Shown: one piece after another, positions 16,646 through 21,719 of the stretch
Position numbering within the stretch: the first letter of the stretch is position 1
How the letters are laid out: every line of letters starts with the position of its first letter
Assembly: GCA_031459875.1 (NCBI GenBank)
Contig: JAVKHQ010000040.1
Coordinates: forward strand, 1-21,719
Length of the DNA stretch: 21,719 bases
Origin: Candidatus Fervidifonticultor sextus
GTDB lineage: Bacteria; Sysuimicrobiota; Sysuimicrobiia; Sysuimicrobiales; Humicultoraceae
Reading direction: 5' to 3'
Translations under genes and position numbers: made by a program
Notes under the pieces: model-generated
What the model saw: the letters and a program-made list of their open reading frames with translations, nothing else
Databases searched by the model: none
Told to the model about the DNA's origin: nothing

Positions 16646-17845
16646 GTGAGAGATCCCGGCGACGCTCCCCAACGGGCCGTCCGGACCCTCGCCCTCACCA
16701 CGCTCCAGCAGATCGGGCTGACCATGGTGCGCTTCGGGCTGCCCGTCCTGGTCCCGTTCGTCCGCGACGACCTCCGGCTCTCTCTGGTCCAGGCCGGCAT
16801 CCTGCTGGCGGCCCTCGACGTCGGCGGTCTCGCCGCGTTCATCCCCACCGGCATCGTGGCGGATCGGTGGGGCGAGCGGCGTGTGCTGGTTGCCGGTGGC
16901 GTGCTCATGGGCGCTGCGGCGGCGCTCGCGGCCCTGGCGCCGACGTACGGCTTCCTCCTGGCCGGGCTCACGCTGGCCGGCACCGGATTCCCCAGCGGGC
17001 ACACCGCCGGCAGCAAGATGATTGTGCGGCAGTTCCCGGCTCGGTCGCGCGGGCTGGCCATCGGCGTCCGCCAGGCCGGCCTGCCGGTGGGCGGAGCGAT
17101 CGCCGCGCTGTGGATTCCGGCCCTGGCGTCGCTGGGCGGCTGGCGGCTGTCGCTGGCCGCCGTCGGTGCCGCCTGCGCCGTCTTCGGGCTGTGGTGTCTG
17201 GCGCTGCCGCGCGAGGAGAACCTGCCCGGCGCTGCCGGAGCGGCGGCGCTGCCCACGCTGGCCTTCGACCGGGACTTCTGGCTCGTCAGTCTGATGGCAT
17301 CGACGCTGGTGGTCGGCCAGTTCACCCTGCAGGGGTACCTGCCGTTGTTCCTCGTCGATGAGCACCGCTGGGCTCCGTCTGCGGCCGGCCGTCTGCTGGT
17401 CTTCGTGCACGCGGGCGGGGTGGTCGGGCGCCTGCTCTGGGGCACGGTGTCGGACCGGCTGGCCGGCGGTCGGCGCAAACCGGTCCTTACCTGGGTCATC
17501 GTGGGCGGTGCGCTCATCCTGGTGGCCCTGAGCCGGTTCCCCGCCGGAGCCGGTGCGTGGCTGGCCGGTGTGGTGGCATTTGTGGGCGGGACGTTCCTGG
17601 TGGGGTGGAACGGGCTGGCGGTGGCGCTGATCGTCGAGCGGGTGGGGGCGGCGCACGCCGCCACGGCGTTGGGTGTCGCCCTCACGGTGCTCTTCCTCGG
17701 CACCATTGGGGGCACGCCCCTCTTCGGGTGGATCGTGGAACAGAGCGGCGCCTACGCCCCGGCCTGGCTCTTCGTGGCCGCCTGTCAGGTGGCGGCCTGG
17801 GCATCCCTGAGCACTGCCAGGGAGCGGGTCAGCCCCAGCGGGTAG
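16646..17845 (+). CDS. MFS transporter (start uncertain, 16646 assumed)
   Basis: MFS motif A GIVADRWGERR, RSRGLAIG, second-half WGTVSDRLAGGRRK, and about 12 hydrophobic segments. Confidence 0.9.
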   Translation: MRDPGDAPQRAVRTLALTTLQQIGLTMVRFGLPVLVPFVRDDLRLSLVQAGILLAALDVGGLAAFIPTGIVADRWGERRVLVAGGVLMGAAAALAALAPTYGFLLAGLTLAGTGFPSGHTAGSKMIVRQFPARSRGLAIGVRQAGLPVGGAIAALWIPALASLGGWRLSLAAVGAACAVFGLWCLALPREENLPGAAGAAALPTLAFDRDFWLVSLMASTLVVGQFTLQGYLPLFLVDEHRWAPSAAGRLLVFVHAGGVVGRLLWGTVSDRLAGGRRKPVLTWVIVGGALILVALSRFPAGAGAWLAGVVAFVGGTFLVGWNGLAVALIVERVGAAHAATALGVALTVLFLGTIGGTPLFGWIVEQSGAYAPAWLFVAACQVAAWASLSTARERVSPSG

Positions 17846-17866
17846 GCTGGCCCACGGCAGAGCGGG

Positions 17867-18634
17867 TCACAGTCCCGCCAGCGGGAGATCGGCTCCGACA
17901 AGGCGACCGTGGAGGAGGAGGATGCCGTCGGGCCGCTCGAGCCGGTAGTGCCACAGGCCGTGCTCCGACCAGGCCCGATCGCGCAAGGCGGCGCCGGACT
18001 CGGCCGCGGCGTGGTAGAGGAGGTCGTACGTCCTCGGGTGCGCCTCGATCACGCGCTGCCCCCCGGCGCGCACCACCGCATCGTCGAGGAGGTCGACGTG
18101 CACGGCGTTGTTGGCATGCCCCATGGCATCCACGTCGCCTGCACGGATCCATAGCGGCCGCGCCTCCGCCCGGGGCGGCGGTGGGGCCTCATCGAGAGGA
18201 ATCGGCGTGATCGACTGCTGCATCGTGGGAAAGGCCCGCGCCAGTTCCTCGGGGATCCGCACCGGCCTGACCCCCTGCTGCGTCAGGATCCAGTCGACGA
18301 CCGCCGTCGCCACCGGCGTGCCGTCGCCGACCCGCCTGGCGGTGTTGAGGCGGCGTGCCAGGACTTTCCGCGCGCCCAGGACCCTGGTCGTGTAGTCCAG
18401 CGCGTCGCCGTAGCGCGCCGGGGCGTGCACGACGAGGTGCACCCGCCGGACGAGCCAGAAGGTCCGGTGCTGCTCGTACCAGGCCAGCGGGAAGCCCAGC
18501 GCCGCCGAATGGCCGAAGGCGATCTCCTGGACGAGCCGCATGTGGACCGAGGCCCGCAGCGTGCCGTCGGCCCCGCACTCGTCGTAGCGCACCCGGAAGG
18601 TCTGGGAAAAGGCTTCGGGGAACTCGTCGTGCAT
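17867..18634 (-). CDS. Acyl-ACP/acyl-CoA thioesterase, tandem hotdog fold (start at 18634 or 18643)
   Basis: FRVRYDEC...RLVQE in the N-domain; DVDAMGHANNAVH in the C-domain resembles the DxDxxGHVNN catalytic motif. Confidence 0.85.
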   Translation of the reverse strand: MHDEFPEAFSQTFRVRYDECGADGTLRASVHMRLVQEIAFGHSAALGFPLAWYEQHRTFWLVRRVHLVVHAPARYGDALDYTTRVLGARKVLARRLNTARRVGDGTPVATAVVDWILTQQGVRPVRIPEELARAFPTMQQSITPIPLDEAPPPPRAEARPLWIRAGDVDAMGHANNAVHVDLLDDAVVRAGGQRVIEAHPRTYDLLYHAAAESGAALRDRAWSEHGLWHYRLERPDGILLLHGRLVGADLPLAGL

Positions 18635-18695
18635 CGCCTGCATCCACACTAGCGGCGCCGCCGCTGCCGCGCAACACGCCGGGGAGAGGTGGGTG

Positions 18696-19067
18696 ATGAT
18701 GGCCGCGCGCACTTCGTGGGGGAGCAGGCTGCTGGGCGCGACCCTCGCGGCCTACGCGGCCGGCTACGCCGTCGAGATGGCGCTCGGCCAGTGGGATCCG
18801 CGCCGCGTCGGATGGGGTCCGAGTTACCTCCCGGTGGCGGCGGAGGGCGCGGTGTTCGCCTTCCTGCTAAAGGGGGTGTGGGGCGTCGTGCTGGCCCCGC
18901 TGCCGCTGCTGCTAGCTCCGGAAACCTGGGCGCGGGTCGCGCGCCTGTGGGACCTCGTGGGGCCGGCGGGGTGGCTGCTATTGACCCAGCCCCTGCCTGT
19001 GATGTGGCTGGCCGGGGTGGTGGGGGCGGGGATCAGGAGGCTCTTCCCGTGGGTGAGCGGCGGGTAG
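18696..19067 (+). CDS. Hypothetical membrane protein
   Basis: SD GAGGTG before ATG, several hydrophobic segments, fills the gap before the tRNA-Ala promoter. No family recognised. Confidence 0.6.
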   Translation: MMAARTSWGSRLLGATLAAYAAGYAVEMALGQWDPRRVGWGPSYLPVAAEGAVFAFLLKGVWGVVLAPLPLLLAPETWARVARLWDLVGPAGWLLLTQPLPVMWLAGVVGAGIRRLFPWVSGG

Positions 19068-19121
19068 GGCGGCCGGATCGCGTGGTGGGACGCTGCAGTC
19101 TCATCGTCTTGGCGCGCGGCG

Positions 19122-19150
19122 TTGCGGGGGCGGCACCTGCCGCGTATAAT
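19122..19150 (+). promoter_or_regulatory. Promoter of tRNA-Ala
   Basis: TTGCGG (19122-19127), 17 nt spacer, TATAAT (19145-19150). Confidence 0.8.
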
Positions 19151-19161
19151 CCCAGGTGACT

Positions 19162-19237
19162 GGGGACGTAGCTCAGCTGGGAGAGCACCTCGTTCGCAAC
19201 GAGGGGGTCGGCGGTTCGAATCCGCTCGTCTCCACCA
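19162..19237 (+). tRNA. tRNA-Ala(CGC)
   Basis: Acceptor GGGGACG/CGTCTCC with the G3:U70 Ala identity pair, anticodon arm CCTCG-TT-CGC-AA-CGAGG, TTCGAAT T-loop, encoded CCA. Confidence 0.97.
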
Positions 19238-19247
19238 GGCGCAAATG

Positions 19248-19283
19248 CAGCAGGGACGCGGGTTCTAGCCTTCGTCCCTGTTG
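19248..19283. terminator. Hairpin between convergent tRNA-Ala and integrase
   Basis: CAGCAGGGACG (19248-19258) pairs with CGTCCCTGTTG (19273-19283). Confidence 0.55.
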
Positions 19284-20488
19284 GCGTTCCTGGGGCCCGA
19301 GGGGGCCGAAGTGCAAACATCTGCAAACGCACGGTCCGACCGCCCCAGGAGGTGCGCCTCCACCGCCCGCGCCGCCTCCTGCTGCTGACTGGCCAGGACA
19401 TGGGTGTAGACCTGCATCGTGAACCCCGGGGTCGCATGCCCCAGGCGTTCCTGGGCCACCTTCGGCGGCACCCCTGCGCGTGCCAGGTAGGACGCGTGCA
19501 GGTGCCGGAGGTCATGGAACCGGATGCGCGGCACCCCGGCCCGATCGATGGTCCGGCGGAAGTCCCGCCGCACGACGTTGTGCAGGTGCAGGGGCTTGCC
19601 GTCGGGCTGGCAGAAGACCAGGCCATAGTCGTTGTAGTCCGGCCCCAGCAGCCGGCGGTTCTCGTCCTGGTCGGCTCGGAGGGTCCTCAGCGCCTCGACG
19701 ACGGCCTCGGGCAAGGCGACCGCGCGCCGGGAGGCGGCGGTTTTCGGCGTCTTGAAGAGGACCTCAGGCCGCCGGCCAGCCGCTGCGCTGCCATGGAGCC
19801 GGTAGAGGGTCTGGCGCACCGATGCCACGCCGTAGGAGAGGTCCACGTCCTGCCAACGCAGGCCGGCGAGTTCGCCCGCCCGCATGCCGGTCATGACGGC
19901 CGTGAGGTAGAGCGGGAAGTAGCGGCTGGATCGCTTCGCCTCGGCGAGAAAGAGCCGTACCTGCTCTTCGTCCCACACGTGCGGTTCGAACCGCCGCCGC
20001 TTCGGTGGATCGGCCATCGCCGCGGGGTTGCGGGTGAGCAGCCCCCACCGCACCGCGTGCCCGAGGACTTCGTGCAGCAGACGGTAGTGTGTCTGCACGC
20101 TCGTTGGCGACAGCCCGTCTTGGAGTTTGCGGCTCAGGTAGCCCTGAATGGCCTGCGCGTTCAGTACCGAGAGCGGAAGGTGTCCAAGGGCCGGCTTCAG
20201 GTGGACCCGAATAGTGTCCGAGTAGTTCCGCAACGTCACCGGCCCGACCGCGCCTGCGGCGTAGTCGCGCAGCCACTGCTCCAGGTAGTCCCCGAGCAGC
20301 GTCTTCGCCGGCGGGGTCCACCCGCCGCCTTGCATCGCGGAGACGATTTGCGCCAGGTGCGCCTCGGCCTCGCGCCGGGTCCTGTGGGCAAACCACTTCT
20401 GCCGGCGCTTGCCGGTCTGCGGGTCGCGCCCGATGTCGATCACCACGGTCCAGGAGTTCTTCCCGCGCTTGCGGATGTGGCCCCTCAT
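19265..20488 (-). CDS. Tyrosine recombinase/site-specific integrase (ICE/phage type with N-terminal arm-binding domain)
   Basis: Catalytic set TGMRAGE (R), PKT (K), FHDLRH (H-x-x-R), LGH and VYTH (Y); N-terminus MRGHIRKRG..W...GKRRQ; SD GGAGGAGG upstream. Confidence 0.96.
   Translation of the reverse strand: MRGHIRKRGKNSWTVVIDIGRDPQTGKRRQKWFAHRTRREAEAHLAQIVSAMQGGGWTPPAKTLLGDYLEQWLRDYAAGAVGPVTLRNYSDTIRVHLKPALGHLPLSVLNAQAIQGYLSRKLQDGLSPTSVQTHYRLLHEVLGHAVRWGLLTRNPAAMADPPKRRRFEPHVWDEEQVRLFLAEAKRSSRYFPLYLTAVMTGMRAGELAGLRWQDVDLSYGVASVRQTLYRLHGSAAAGRRPEVLFKTPKTAASRRAVALPEAVVEALRTLRADQDENRRLLGPDYNDYGLVFCQPDGKPLHLHNVVRRDFRRTIDRAGVPRIRFHDLRHLHASYLARAGVPPKVAQERLGHATPGFTMQVYTHVLASQQQEAARAVEAHLLGRSDRAFADVCTSAPSGPRNANRDEG
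19312..19328. repeat. Tandem TGCAAAC direct repeats, probable integrase arm-type sites
   Basis: TGCAAAC at 19312-19318 and 19322-19328 (10-bp period), about 75 nt from the tRNA end. Confidence 0.65.
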
Positions 20489-20738
20489 AGGTGCGCTTGA
20501 CCTCCTCCGGTCGATCTCGCTTGCCTGGGCATGCCTCTCACCTCTTCGGTGTCGTGATCGGTGGTCCGCGCCCTCCGGCGCCCGCTGAAGATCACGATGC
20601 GCCGGTGCGGATGACCTGTTCGACCCACGTCATGCGGAACCGCATGGAACGACGTGCAGGCGGGATGTTCGTCCAAGTACGCTTACGCCAAAGAGCCGAG
20701 CCCGCTAGCACGCCGCGATACCCGGATGATCATAGCCC

Positions 20739-21617
20739 CTACTGAGTAGTTGCTGGCAACGGGAGCGGCTCAACGCTGGGCGAGGCAATCGGTTTCGGCA
20801 CCTTGCCCTGGAGGACCAAGTGCAGGTTCCTTTGGACCTGAGCGCTATCCCAGCCGATGACCTGGTAGTGGTGCCAGCGCTTCTTCCAAACGCTGATGTG
20901 GCCCCTCACTTCCTCTTTCAGAACTTCCTGAAGCTCGGTGGCACTTCGGACGATCTGCTCAATGGGGTTCTTGAACTGCGGGCTAGTGATGTGTTCCAGG
21001 AGGCGCCGGGCGATCAGCGCACGCCTTTCCCGGGTGATCTTTGCCTTCAGCATCTCGATCAGGTGGAGTCTGAGAAGAGATGCGAGAGGGACAACTCCGA
21101 GGGGCGAGACAACCAGCACTCCGTTCTGCTGTGCGAGCCCGCCAAAGCCCCTCTTCTGCCCAGTTGTGACCAGGACGGCGAAGTCCGCTTCACGAGACTG
21201 CTTCGCCTGGTATGCCTGCTTGACGTGCTTGCTTTGTATGGTCGGGGTTCTCTTGCATTCGTAGATGATGGTCCCGGCTTCCGTGCCGTTGGACCTGACG
21301 CTATGCAGAACGTCGCCGCCTCTGCCTTTGTGACGGACGTCGTCTTCCGGAAACTCCCGCTTCAGCCTTGCTGCGAGTTTCTCCTCAAATTCAAGGCCCT
21401 CGGTCTGGGGCGTGGAGCCCTTCTGGAGTTGTTCAATGCGTTCCTTGAGGGCTTGGATTTCTTTGTCCTTTCCCGCAAGTAACCGCCGCGTACGCTTGCG
21501 TTCCTCCTCTTTACCCTCCCTCAGAGCCGTCTTCACTCTTGCCTTCCACTGGCTGAGTTGCTCGAGAAGTTTGGCTTTTTCGTGCTGGACGTGTCTCTCT
21601 CGCTCGCCGAGGATACC
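20739..21617 (-). pseudogene. DUF2130/RmuC-like coiled-coil + PD-(D/E)XK nuclease-fold protein, 5'-truncated by an IS
   Basis: GLEFEEKL...FPEDD...GGDVL...IIYECKRT motif flanked by coiled coils. The frame stays open upstream of GTG 21536 (GILGERERHVQHEKAKLLEQLSQWKAR) and runs into the IS end, with an in-frame TAA at 21633-21635. Confidence 0.7.
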
Positions 21618-21719
21618 GAGGGTGTCCCGAGGTTAGTGGATTTTCGGGAGCACCCCTTGGTGGTCATTATGCCACCAACACCTCCTTTCCCTGCGTGATG
21701 ACTTGCTGAAGCGCGACGC
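21618..21719 (-). mobile_element. Right end of a probable IS256-family insertion sequence
   Basis: Terminal sequence GAGGGTGTCCCGAGGTTAGTGGATTTT resembles IS256-type IRs as I recall them. A minus-strand ORF tail VALQQVITQGKEVLVA* stops at 21667, about 50 nt inside this end. Confidence 0.6.

Larger units (their letters stand above)
19238..21719. mobile_element. Left part of an integrative element/genomic island at tRNA-Ala(CGC), extending beyond the window
   Basis: Integrase stop 27 nt from the tRNA 3' end, arm-type repeats, lower-GC cargo and an IS end. The second att copy is not in the window. Confidence 0.8.

Noticed and set aside
15961..19161. Island bounded by tRNA-Ile and tRNA-Ala
   Set aside because: No duplicated tRNA fragment seen, and the MFS and thioesterase genes have host-like composition.
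19156..19422. 88-aa ORF over tRNA-Ala
   Set aside because: It is a translation of the tRNA and the antisense integrase tail.
21534..21690. AAAGGAGGTG as the RBS of an intact nuclease-like gene
   Set aside because: The nearby TTG/GTG hit TAA within a few codons, the ATG at 21667 is out of frame with the gene, and the gene's frame has a stop at 21633-21635.

Overview
High-GC bacterial chromosomal segment. Most of it (1-14594) is a housekeeping cluster with a Firmicutes-like gene order: rpmI (partial), rplT, ktrB/trkH, ktrA/trkA, TrmH methyltransferase, YqzL-like micro-ORF, Phe T-box riboswitch, pheS, pheT, cvpA-like, polX, mpg, AlkP-superfamily metalloenzyme, mutS2, tyrS. After it come an M20 amidohydrolase broken by an apparent out-of-frame deletion, a stand-alone tRNA-Ile(GAT), DoxX, an MFS transporter, an acyl-ACP-type thioesterase, a small membrane protein and tRNA-Ala(CGC). 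Right after tRNA-Ala begins a probable integrated element: a convergent tyrosine integrase with arm-type repeats, then a lower-GC DUF2130/RmuC-like nuclease-fold gene whose 5' end is cut by what looks like the right end of an IS256-family element at the window edge. I see no complete, clearly novel system. The best leads are the island cargo, the structured leader/YqzL/T-box arrangement upstream of pheS, an atypical PheRS (active-site substitutions in PheS, no B2 domain in PheT) and a leaderless metalloenzyme inside the polX-mpg-mutS2 block. All family assignments come from motif recognition, not database searches.
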